From contig CAVZYA010000001.1 in NCBI GenBank assembly GCA_963779415.1, positions 288,001 to 352,000 on the forward strand: DNA of 64,000 nt, read 5' to 3'. Source of the DNA: an uncultured Acidobacteriota bacterium. GTDB taxonomy: Bacteria > Acidobacteriota > Thermoanaerobaculia > UBA5066. Within the stretch, counting starts at the first letter, position 1, and every line of letters begins with the position of its first letter. The position numbers were made by a program, and so were the translations under genes. This document shows positions 55,782-64,000 of this stretch, piece by piece. The notes under the pieces are model-generated. The model saw only the letters and a program-made list of their open reading frames with translations, ran no database searches and was not told the DNA's origin.

Positions 55782-57053
55782 ATGCTCGGGGAGCTGCTTT
55801 CGATCGTGCCTCGTGACGCGCTCAACATCGCGCTCGTCCTCGCTCTGGCTTTCTTCATCGGCCTCGAGCGCGAGGAGCACAAGCAGCACGAGGCGAAGTA
55901 CGGGTTCGGAGGCGTCCGGACCTTTCCGCTGATCGGGCTCCTGAGCTACGCGCTCGCGCTCCTCTCGGGCACGGGGATTCTGCCGTGGGTGATCGGATTC
56001 GCCGTCGTCGGCGGTTTCATGCTGCTCTCCTATTACCACAAGCTCACCGAGGAGCCGCCGGCGGGGCTGACGACCGAGATTTCCGCCCTCTCCACGTATG
56101 CCGTGGGCGGGCTCATTCAGCGCGAGAACTACTGGATGGCTTTGGCCATCGGCGTCCTCAGCGTTCTCCTTCTCGAGCTGAAGAAAGGCCTCGAAGGCCT
56201 TACGAAATACGTCGCGTCGGGGGAGATCGTCACCGTCGCGAAGTTTCTCCTCCTGACGGTGGTCATCCTCCCCCTCGTCCCGGACGAGCAGCTGACCCGT
56301 TTTCAGATCAATCCGTTCAAGACGTGGCTCGTCGTCGTCGCGGTGAGCGGGGTCTCTTTCGCGAGCTACGTCCTGCAACGGCTCTTCAAGGAGCGCGGGG
56401 GCGTGATGCTCTCGGCCGTCCTCGGCGGCGCGTACTCCTCGACCATGACCACCGTGGTGCTGGCTCGGGAGGCCAGGGGGGCCCCGGAGCCGCGTCCGAA
56501 CCTGTTCGCCGGGAGCATCCTCACCGCCTCGGGCGTGATGTACGTGAGGCTCGTGGTTCTGGTGGCGTTCTTCAACGCGACGCTGGCGGCCCGGCTCGCG
56601 CCTGCGTTCGGCGCTCTTGCGTTCGTCGCCTGCCTCGCGGGATTCGTCGTCTCCCGCCGGTCTCCGGGGGCCGCGGCGAGCCCGAGGCCCGCACGCCCAT
56701 CCCGGAACCCGCTCGAGCTCGGAGCGGCGCTGCTCTTCGCCATCGCCTTCGTTCTGATCCTGGTCCTGACGACCCTCGCCCGGGAGTTTCTGGGACGGTC
56801 CGGACTCTACTCGCTGGCGGCGATCATGGGCATCACCGACATCGATCCCTTCATCCTCGGGCTCGCGCAGAGCGGCCCCGCGGCAACGCCCGTCGCGGTC
56901 GCCGCCCCGGCGATCGTGATCGCCGCCGCGAGCAACAGCCTCATCAAGGCAATCTACGCGTACGCGTTCGCCGACGGGGCGACCGGGCGGAGGAGCCTCG
57001 TTCTCCTTCTCGCGCTCGCACTGCTCGGGATCATTCCCCTCGCCTGGCTGTGA
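55782..57053 (+). CDS. MgtC/SapB-DUF4010 membrane protein
   Basis: IGLERE, GGVRTFPLI, GLTTE, LGGAYSST, GITDID. Confidence 0.9.
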   Translation: MLGELLSIVPRDALNIALVLALAFFIGLEREEHKQHEAKYGFGGVRTFPLIGLLSYALALLSGTGILPWVIGFAVVGGFMLLSYYHKLTEEPPAGLTTEISALSTYAVGGLIQRENYWMALAIGVLSVLLLELKKGLEGLTKYVASGEIVTVAKFLLLTVVILPLVPDEQLTRFQINPFKTWLVVVAVSGVSFASYVLQRLFKERGGVMLSAVLGGAYSSTMTTVVLAREARGAPEPRPNLFAGSILTASGVMYVRLVVLVAFFNATLAARLAPAFGALAFVACLAGFVVSRRSPGAAASPRPARPSRNPLELGAALLFAIAFVLILVLTTLAREFLGRSGLYSLAAIMGITDIDPFILGLAQSGPAATPVAVAAPAIVIAAASNSLIKAIYAYAFADGATGRRSLVLLLALALLGIIPLAWL

Positions 57054-57133
57054 GTCCTCCCACCCGGTCTTCCGCGCTCCCGGCTTGGCGGGAGGGCGCC
57101 GCCGGCTCTAAAGTCGAGGCAAAGGAGACGACG

Positions 57134-57415
57134 ATGGCGACGAAGAAGGAGAAACCGCGGGGAGAGGCGTTCAAGGAGGCGGTATCTCGCGTGGAGAAGC
57201 TGTCGAAGAGGCCGTCGAACGAGCAGCTCCTCGACCTGTATGGCCTCTACAAACAGGCTACGGAAGGGGACGTCTCGGGCTCTCGCCCGGGGATGTTCGA
57301 CCTGAAGGGGCGGGCGAAGTTCGACGCCTGGTCGGGCCGGAAGGGAACGTCGAAGGACGACGCGATGAAGAGGTACGTCGCCCTCGTCGACAGGCTCGCC
57401 GCCGAGCTGGCCTGA
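57134..57415 (+). CDS. Acyl-CoA-binding protein
   Basis: LLDLYGLYKQATEGD...PG.FD..GRAKFDAW; SD AAAGGAG. Confidence 0.92.
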   Translation: MATKKEKPRGEAFKEAVSRVEKLSKRPSNEQLLDLYGLYKQATEGDVSGSRPGMFDLKGRAKFDAWSGRKGTSKDDAMKRYVALVDRLAAELA

Positions 57416-57444
57416 CGCGGACCCCTGTTTGATAATCTTTCGCA

Positions 57445-57981
57445 ATGAAGAAGCGGCACCCGGCCCCCCTCCTCATCCTCCTCGCGAGCGTTCTCTCGCT
57501 GCCGACTCTCGCGGCGGACCCTCCGGCCGTCGGGGAGAAGGCGCCCGCCGTCTCCCTGCCGAGCCAGGACGGCTCGACGGTCACGCTCGGGCAGTTCCAC
57601 GGGAAATGGGTCGTCCTCTACTTCTACCCGAAGGACTTCACGTCGGGATGCACGCTGGAGGCACATAACTTCCAGCGCGACATCGCGAAGTACGAGAAGG
57701 CGGATGCCGTCATCCTCGGCGTGAGCCTCGACCCGGTCGGCTCTCACAAGGACTTCTGCACGAAGGAAGGGCTGAGCTTCAAGCTCCTCTCCGATCCCGA
57801 GACGGCCGTCACGAAGAGCTACGGCTCGCTGACGAAGTACCAGGACAAGGATTACGCCGCGCGAAATACGTTCCTCATCGGCCCGGACGGGGTCATCCGG
57901 AAGGTCTTCCTGAAGGTGAACCCCTCGGTCCACAGCGAAGAGGTACTGGCCGCGCTCGCCCAGCTTCAAGCCGCGAAATGA
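57445..57981 (+). CDS. Exported peroxiredoxin (BCP/PrxQ family)
   Basis: Signal peptide, YFYPKDFTSGCTLEA, ARNTFLIG.DG.I. Confidence 0.9.
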   Translation: MKKRHPAPLLILLASVLSLPTLAADPPAVGEKAPAVSLPSQDGSTVTLGQFHGKWVVLYFYPKDFTSGCTLEAHNFQRDIAKYEKADAVILGVSLDPVGSHKDFCTKEGLSFKLLSDPETAVTKSYGSLTKYQDKDYAARNTFLIGPDGVIRKVFLKVNPSVHSEEVLAALAQLQAAK

Positions 57982-58000
57982 AGCCGGAGGCCGGAATCCG

Positions 58001-58660
58001 GTGCGCCTGATCGACGACCTCCGGGCCGAGCACGAGGTCATCGAGCGGGTTCTCGGATCGCTCGGGACCTACGTGGATCGGCGTGCCCGCGACGAAGCGG
58101 CGCCGGGCGACGGCGAGGCGTTCGTCCGCTTCTTCCGGATCTTCGCCGGGACGTGGCACCACGCCCGGGAGGAAGACACGCTCTTCCCGGCGCTGGAGAA
58201 GCATCTCGAGCTGCCGCCCGACTCCGGGCCGATCTTCTCCATCGTCGACCAGCACCACCGGATGGCGGCGGTCTTCGACGAGATGGCGCCTCTCCTTTCG
58301 GCCGGCGGAACGACCCCGGCGGAGACGGAGAAGCTCCGTGAGCTCTGGACGAAGTACGCCCGGGACCTCCTCGCCCACATCGACGCCGAGAACTCGGTCC
58401 TCCTGCCGGAGAGCGACGAGCGACTCCGGCAGGCGGGGGTCCACGAGCTCGCGATGCGCGAGGCGACGGCGGAGGAGCTTTCCGCGAGAGCCGGCGGGGA
58501 GCGCCTCGCCGGGCTCTACACCCCTCCGCTCGACCCGGGCGCGGTCCGCGGCGAAGGGTGCGTCATCTGTCCCTCGTACGGCATCACGTGCGGCGGCCTC
58601 GAGCGCGAATGGTGGACGGACGACGAGTGGGAGGAGTTCGGACGAATCTCGGAACGGTAG
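58001..58660 (+). CDS. Hemerythrin (HHE) domain protein with Cys-rich C-terminus
   Basis: EH, HHAREEDTLFP, QH, HIDAENSVLLP, then CVICPSYGITCGG. Confidence 0.85.
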   Translation: MRLIDDLRAEHEVIERVLGSLGTYVDRRARDEAAPGDGEAFVRFFRIFAGTWHHAREEDTLFPALEKHLELPPDSGPIFSIVDQHHRMAAVFDEMAPLLSAGGTTPAETEKLRELWTKYARDLLAHIDAENSVLLPESDERLRQAGVHELAMREATAEELSARAGGERLAGLYTPPLDPGAVRGEGCVICPSYGITCGGLEREWWTDDEWEEFGRISER

Positions 58661-58673
58661 GCGAGCCGGTCCG

Positions 58674-59834
58674 TCAGCCCCAGACCTCGGAGAAAAGCCG
58701 CGCGAAGTTGCCGCCGAGGATCTTCTCGAGGCGGGAGGCGGAATGCCCGCGCTTCTCGAGAAGAACGGCGAGCGTTTCGAGCCGCCGCGGCGAGTTGAGG
58801 TCGGGGACGAAGGTGGTGACCTCCTCGATCTCTCCGGGGGCCCCGATGCCGGCCTTCTTCCGCGCCGCGAGCTGCTTTCGGAACTCCTCGAGGTACTTCG
58901 GCGTCAGCTCCACGCCGGAGATCGTCCCGTCCGTCCCGATCCCGACGTGGTCCTCTCCGGCGACGTCGAGGGCGTGCTCGAGGTGGCGGATCACGTCCGC
59001 CGCCATCGGTTGGCCGTTCGTCCGGAGGTAGGGCATGAAGTAGATGCCGGCGACCCCACCCCTGGCGGCCAGCGCTCTCAGTTCCTCGTCCGTCTTGTTC
59101 CGCGGGTGGTCCGCGACGGCCGCGCAGCCGGTGTGCGTGAAGGCGACCGGGCGCTTCGACGCCGTCAGGGCGTCCCGCGTCGTGGCTCGGCCGCAGTGCG
59201 AGAGGTCGATCAGGATCCGAAGGGAGTCCATCCGCTCGACGGCCTCGTGCCCCCGCTTCGAGAGGCCCGCGTTGCCCGGCTCGAGGCAGCCGTCGCCGAT
59301 GAGGTTCCGGAGGTTGTACGTCGGCTGGATGATCCGGACCCCGAGGGCGTGGAGCGTCTCGAGGCGGGAGAAATCTTCCTCGAAAGCGACGCCGTCCTGC
59401 AGGCCGTACGCGAGGCCGAGGCGGCCGTTCCCCTTGGCCGCCCTGAGGTCGCTCGTCGTCTTCACCTTCATGAAGACGTCGGGGTGCGCTTCGATCTCGC
59501 GCTCCCAGTAGCCGATCTCCCGGACGATCCCCTCGAAGGCCTCGGCCGCCGGTCGGCTGCCGACCGGGCCGACCGTGACGTTCACGCTGGTGACGCCGGA
59601 GGCTTTCGAGTCCGCGACGGCGCGGGGGGTGAGCCGGGCGCCCTTCTCGGCGTCGCTGTCGTTGTCCCCGGGCCCGCCGCAGCCGTCGAAGACGATGGCG
59701 CGCCCGTAAGGGTCCGCGGCCGGTCCCGGCGTCGCGGCCTTTGCGTCCGGCTCCGGACCGGCAATGAGACGTGATTCGAGGGCGATCCCCGAGAGCGCCC
59801 CGAGGACGAGAAGCTCTCTTCGGTCGAGGGACAT
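58674..59834 (-). CDS. Membrane dipeptidase (M19) with Tat-like signal
   Basis: DRRELL, QPTYN.RN.IGDG, IDLSH, FTHT, HPRNK.D, HVGIGTD. Confidence 0.88.
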   Translation of the reverse strand: MSLDRRELLVLGALSGIALESRLIAGPEPDAKAATPGPAADPYGRAIVFDGCGGPGDNDSDAEKGARLTPRAVADSKASGVTSVNVTVGPVGSRPAAEAFEGIVREIGYWEREIEAHPDVFMKVKTTSDLRAAKGNGRLGLAYGLQDGVAFEEDFSRLETLHALGVRIIQPTYNLRNLIGDGCLEPGNAGLSKRGHEAVERMDSLRILIDLSHCGRATTRDALTASKRPVAFTHTGCAAVADHPRNKTDEELRALAARGGVAGIYFMPYLRTNGQPMAADVIRHLEHALDVAGEDHVGIGTDGTISGVELTPKYLEEFRKQLAARKKAGIGAPGEIEEVTTFVPDLNSPRRLETLAVLLEKRGHSASRLEKILGGNFARLFSEVWG

Positions 59835-59932
59835 GGCAATACCTCCTCTGGGGGACGGACACGTGATCCTACGTCTCTGGCCCGAGACGTGATGCGAAGG
59901 GACCATGACAGCGCCGTTTCGGAAGCCGAAAT

Positions 59933-59948
59933 TACCTACCGGTAGGTA
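59933..59948. promoter_or_regulatory. Perfect 16-bp palindrome, probable TetR operator
   Basis: TACCTACCGGTAGGTA, 10 nt upstream of the tetR GTG. Confidence 0.8.
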
Positions 59949-59958
59949 GGAAAGCGCC

Positions 59959-60603
59959 GTGCGGACGGAAACTGAAAGCAGAGCCGGTCGGAGCCTCCGG
60001 CATCACGACCCGAACATCCGCGAGCATCTCGTCGACGTCGCGATCGAACTCTTCGCGAGCCGCGGCTACGCCGCGACGTCGGTCCGCGAGATCGTCGAAC
60101 GCGCGAGGGTCTCCAAGCCGGTCCTCTACTACCACTTCGGAAGCAAGGAAGGGCTCTACCTCGAGATCATGCGCCGCCTCGAACGGACCCTCGAGGAGAC
60201 GGTCGCGAGCCGCGACGCGGGAGGCGGGACGGCGCGGCACCGGATCCGCCGCCTTTGCCTCGACATCTACGACGCCTTCTCGGAGAACACCGCGGCCGTC
60301 CGTTTCCTGAACGCGGTCTTCTGGGGCCCGCCGCAGGGAACGCCGGACTTCGACGTGGACTCCCTGTACGAGCCGCTCGTCGCCGCGTTCCGGACGCTCG
60401 TCGACGAAGGGGTCGCGCGGGGCGAATTCCGTCAGGGGGCCGCTCCGGACCTCTCGTTCGCCCTTCTCGGCGCCCTCAGCTTCGCGATGGACTTTCACCT
60501 CGCGCATCCCGACCAGTCCCCGGCCCGCGACGGCCTCGCGCGGGTTCTCGACCTGATCCTGTCCGGGGCCTCGGCGCCCCGCCGCGGAGGAACCTCCCGA
60601 TGA
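59959..60603 (+). CDS. TetR/AcrR family regulator
   Basis: ELFASRGYAATSVREIV..ARVSKPVLYYHFGSKEGLY. Confidence 0.93.
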   Translation: MRTETESRAGRSLRHHDPNIREHLVDVAIELFASRGYAATSVREIVERARVSKPVLYYHFGSKEGLYLEIMRRLERTLEETVASRDAGGGTARHRIRRLCLDIYDAFSENTAAVRFLNAVFWGPPQGTPDFDVDSLYEPLVAAFRTLVDEGVARGEFRQGAAPDLSFALLGALSFAMDFHLAHPDQSPARDGLARVLDLILSGASAPRRGGTSR

Positions 60604-61722
60604 AACGGACCGTCCGGCATCCGATCCTCGTCGCTCTCGTCCTCCTTCTCCCGGCCGCCGGCTGCTCGCGGGCGAACGGGAAGGAAGGGGCGGCCGCGCG
60701 CCCGGCCGTCGCGGTCGAGGTCGCCCCGGCCGTATCGGGCGATCTCAAGGAGTCGATCGAGGTCGTCGGGACGCTTGCCCCGAAGTTCCAGGCCGAGGTG
60801 AAGACGGAGTACAGCGGGACGGTGACCGAGGTCCTCGTCACCGAATGGGTGCGCGTCTCGAAAGGAACGATCCTCCTCCGCTTCGACGCCCGCGAGGCGG
60901 AGGCGGCCGCCGCGGCCGCACGGGCGAGCCTCCTCTCGGCCGAGGTCGGGATGAACCGGGCGCGGCGCGAGCTGGACCGGACGATGAAGCTCAAGGAGGC
61001 CGGCCTCGCCACGCCGCAGAACCTCGACGACGCGAAGACCTCCTCCGAGGCCGCCGAGGCGCAGATGGCCGCCGCGAAGGCGCAGAAGCAGATGGCGGAG
61101 ACGAAGCTCGAAAAGACGGTGATCCGGTCGCCCCTGGACGGCGTCGTCGCGAGCCGGACCGTCAACCCGGGCGACTTCATCGAGAACATGGGGTCGCCAA
61201 AGCCGATGTTCCGGATCGTCGACAACCGCCGGCTCGAGCTGACGGCGACGGTCCCCTCGTCGCGGATCTCGGGCGTACGCCTCGGACAGCCCCTCTCCTT
61301 CACGACGGACGCGGTCCCGGGCCGGACCTTCGTCGGGAAGGTCGCCTTCATCAATCCCGCGGCCGACGAGTCGAGCCGGACCGTCAAAGTCGTGGCCCTC
61401 GTCGACAACCGGGACGAGAGCGCTGAAGTCCGGTCTCTTCGCGAAAGGCGAGATCGTGACCGGCGAACGGAAGAACGTCCTCCGGGTCCCCCGGAGCGCC
61501 TTCGTGACGTGGGACCTCGCGGCCCGGTCGGCGGTCGTCTTCGTCGTGGAGGGGGAGAAGGCGGTCCGGAGGAGCGTCGAGACGGGAGCCAACGCCGGGG
61601 ACGAGGTCGAGGTGACGAAAGGCCTCTCGCCCGGCGAGAAGGTCGTGACGCGAGGCGGCTTCAATCTCTCGGACGGGGACCGGGTCACCGTCGTCTCGCC
61701 GAAGAAGGCGAATAAGGCTTAG
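60600..61722 (+). CDS. RND efflux periplasmic adaptor (MFP) lipoprotein; +1 frameshift near 61416-61420
   Basis: Lipobox AAGC, IRSPLDGVV, FINPAAD..SRT. Dropping one base in gacgagagcg restores ..ALKSGLFAKGEIVTG..VPRSA..GLSPGEKVVTRG. Confidence 0.85.
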
Positions 61723-61727
61723 ATCCG

Positions 61728-64000
61728 ATGTTCCTCTCGAACCTCTCCATCAAGAAGCCGGTCTTCGCGACCGTCCTGATGCTCGCCCTCCTGACGCTCG
61801 GGCTCTTCTCGTACCGGCGGCTCGCCATCGAGCTGATGCCCGACGTCGAGCTGCCGATCCTGACGATCACGACGGAGTTCCCCGGCGCCTCGCCCGAGGC
61901 CGTGGAGCGCGAGCTGACGAAGAAGATCGAGGAAGCCGTGAACCCGATCTCCGGCGTGAGGCACGTCTACTCGACGTCGCGCGAGAGCCTCTCCTCGGTC
62001 ATGGTGGAGTTCCAGCTCCAGGTCCGGATCAACGAGGCCTCGCAGGAGGTCCGCGCCAAGATCAACGCGGTCCGGCGCGAGCTGCCCGAGCAGATCAAGG
62101 AGCCGGTCATCCAGAAGATGGACATCGGCGGGATGCCGGTCGTGGCGCTGGCGGTCCGCTCCGGAACATTGACGCCGCGCGATCTGACGACCCTCGTCGA
62201 CCGGAAGGTGAAGCGGCGCCTCGAGAACATTCCGGGCGTCGGGAAGGTCCGGCTCGTCGGAGCGTCCCGGCGGGAGGTGAACGTCCTCGTCGACCCGGCG
62301 CGGATCGAGGCGATGGGGCTCGGCGTCGACGAGGTGATCGCGGGCCTCGCCGCCGAGAACGTCAACACGCCGCTCGGGCGGCTGAACCGGCTGGGGAGCG
62401 AGATCCCGCTCCGGATCTCCGGGAAGCCGACGCTGGTGCCGGGCTTCGAGTCGATGGTCATCGGCCGCCGCGGCAGCCACCCGGTCACCCTCGGCGAGGT
62501 GGCGACGGTCGTGGACGGGATCGAGGAACTGCGCTCGCTCGCCCTCGTCAACGGGGTCCCCGCCGTGGCGCTCGAGGTCCTGAAGCAGTCGAAGGCGAAC
62601 ACCGTCGGCGTCGTCGACGCCGTCAAGCGCGAGGTCGACCGGCTGAAGCCGGAGCTTCCGCCCGGAACCCAGATCGAGATCGTCCGGGACGCCTCCGTGA
62701 TGATCCGCGAGTCCGTTTCCGACGTGCAGACGACGCTCGTCATCGGCGGCCTCCTGACGATCCTGATCGTCTTCTGCTTCCTCAACTCGTGGCGCTCGAC
62801 GGTCATCACGGGGCTGACGCTCCCGATCTCCGTCATCTCGTCGTTCATCGCCATGTACTTCTTCGGGATGACGCTGAACGTCATGACTCTGATGGCGCTT
62901 TCGCTCGCCATCGGTCTCCTGATCGACGACGCGATCGTCGTCCGCGAGAACATCGTCCGGCACCTCGAGCACGGCGAGGACCACATGGCCGCGGCCCGGA
63001 ACGGGACGGCCGAGATCGGCCTCGCCGTCCTCGCGACGTCCCTCTCGATCATGTCGGTCTTCGTCCCGGTCGCCTTCATGAAGGGGATCGTCGGGCGCTT
63101 CTTCTTCCAGTTCGGGATCACGGTGGCGTTCGCGGTCATGGTCTCCCTCTTCGTCTCCTTCACCCTCGACCCGATGCTCTCCTCTCGCTGGGTCGACCCG
63201 GACGTCGAGCGGAAGGGGAAGAGGCACGCCGTGGCGCGCGTCCTCGACCGGTTCAACTCCTGGTTCGACCGGACCGCGGACCGATACAAGACGCTCGTCG
63301 GCTGGGCGCTCGACCGGCGCAAGCTCGTCCTCGGCGTCGCCACGGCGGCCTTCGTCGCCGGCCTCGGCCTCTTCGCCTTCCTCGAGGCGGAGTTCTTCCC
63401 GGCGTTCGACCAGGGCGAGTTCATGGTCCGGTTCAAGACGGCGCCGGACGCCTCGATCGAGGAGACGAAAGGGCGTCTGAGCGTCGTCCTCGGCGAGCTG
63501 AAGGCGATTCCGGAGATCGAGCACACCTACGCGGCGATCGCCGCCGGCGAGTCGGACACCGTCCGGAACGCGACGGTCTACGTGAAGCTGAAGGAGACGT
63601 CGGAACGGAAAAGGAACCAGTACGCCGTGATGCGCGACGTCCGCTCCAGGCTCGCGGGAATCCCGGGGCTGATCCCCTCCGTGGAAGAGGATCCGGACAA
63701 CTTCCAGAAGCCGTTCATCGTCCTCGTCCGGGGCGAGGAGATCCCGAAGCTGAAGGAGTACGCGGCGGCCCTGAAGAAGTCTCTCTACGGCATCACGGGG
63801 ATCGTCGACCTCGAGGCGACGCTCGAGCAGGACCTTCCGGAGTACCGCCTCACCGTGGACCGCCAGCGGGCGCGGGACGCGGGCCTCGGCACCGACGCGC
63901 TCGTGAGGACCGTCGGCGCCCTCGTCGGAGGGCAGATCGTCTCGACGTACGAGGACGACGCCGGCGAAGCGGTCAACGTCCGGATCCGCCTTCCGGAAGG
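61728..64000 (+). CDS. RND efflux permease (AcrB/HAE1 family), truncated by window end
   Basis: Manually translated: MFLSNLSIKKPVFATV..., PGASPE.VE, IGLLIDDAIVVRENI, VSLFVSFTLDPML. Confidence 0.93.
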   Translation, partial: MFLSNLSIKKPVFATVLMLALLTLGLFSYRRLAIELMPDVELPILTITTEFPGASPEAVERELTKKIEEAVNPISGVRHVYSTSRESLSSVMVEFQLQVRINEASQEVRAKINAVRRELPEQIKEPVIQKMDIGGMPVVALAVRSGTLTPRDLTTLVDRKVKRRLENIPGVGKVRLVGASRREVNVLVDPARIEAMGLGVDEVIAGLAAENVNTPLGRLNRLGSEIPLRISGKPTLVPGFESMVIGRRGSHPVTLGEVATVVDGIEELRSLALVNGVPAVALEVLKQSKANTVGVVDAVKREVDRLKPELPPGTQIEIVRDASVMIRESVSDVQTTLVIGGLLTILIVFCFLNSWRSTVITGLTLPISVISSFIAMYFFGMTLNVMTLMALSLAIGLLIDDAIVVRENIVRHLEHGEDHMAAARNGTAEIGLAVLATSLSIMSVFVPVAFMKGIVGRFFFQFGITVAFAVMVSLFVSFTLDPMLSSRWVDPDVERKGKRHAVARVLDRFNSWFDRTADRYKTLVGWALDRRKLVLGVATAAFVAGLGLFAFLEAEFFPAFDQGEFMVRFKTAPDASIEETKGRLSVVLGELKAIPEIEHTYAAIAAGESDTVRNATVYVKLKETSERKRNQYAVMRDVRSRLAGIPGLIPSVEEDPDNFQKPFIVLVRGEEIPKLKEYAAALKKSLYGITGIVDLEATLEQDLPEYRLTVDRQRARDAGLGTDALVRTVGALVGGQIVSTYEDDAGEAVNVRIRLPE

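Noticed and set aside
57430-57444. Fur/PerR box-like TGATAATCTTTCGCA before the peroxiredoxin
   Set aside because: The right half-site is poor; it is equally explained as the -10 element of a leaderless promoter.
61416-61420. RND adaptor as a pseudogene
   Set aside because: Both halves are otherwise intact and the operon and operator are preserved, so an indel error is more likely.

Overview
GC-rich bacterial genomic window, most consistent with Acidobacteriota (Thermoanaerobaculia-like; inferred from the Ser/Thr-TPR kinase, class D sortase and the repeated 'FRTNV/FRSRL..NPS' secreted domain). About 55 real genes; no rRNA, tRNA, CRISPR or transposase was recognised. (1) 1-8.1 kb: zwf-HAD-(ackA remnant)-phosphoketolase-STAS-H+ P-type ATPase-DUF1207 operon. 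(2) 8.2-22.5 kb: a general-stress island (PRC-barrel, DUF6600, YihY, sortase + LPKTA substrate, lmo0937, GlsB, CsbD, DUF883, two DUF2383 paralogues) in which about nine transcription units carry a sigma54 -24/-12 promoter. The island also encodes a hybrid kinase, a ChpT-like pseudo-kinase and an NtrC-type activator. (3) kup, ALDH, a bufferin-type MNIO (DUF692) RiPP cluster and an S53 peptidase. (4) An aminotransferase-M20-GS-like operon whose GS has lost its ammonium-site residues, vapBC, and a lipoprotein Glu/Asp racemase. (5) A ~1200-aa fusion of a class I aminotransferase to an archaeal-type PEP carboxylase (PpcA), coupled to a CoA-binding protein. (6) Mixed housekeeping genes and a TetR-RND efflux operon with a perfect palindromic operator. 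Two single-base frameshifts (26378-26381 and ~61418) look like sequencing errors. All family calls come from motif recognition by eye; no searches were run.
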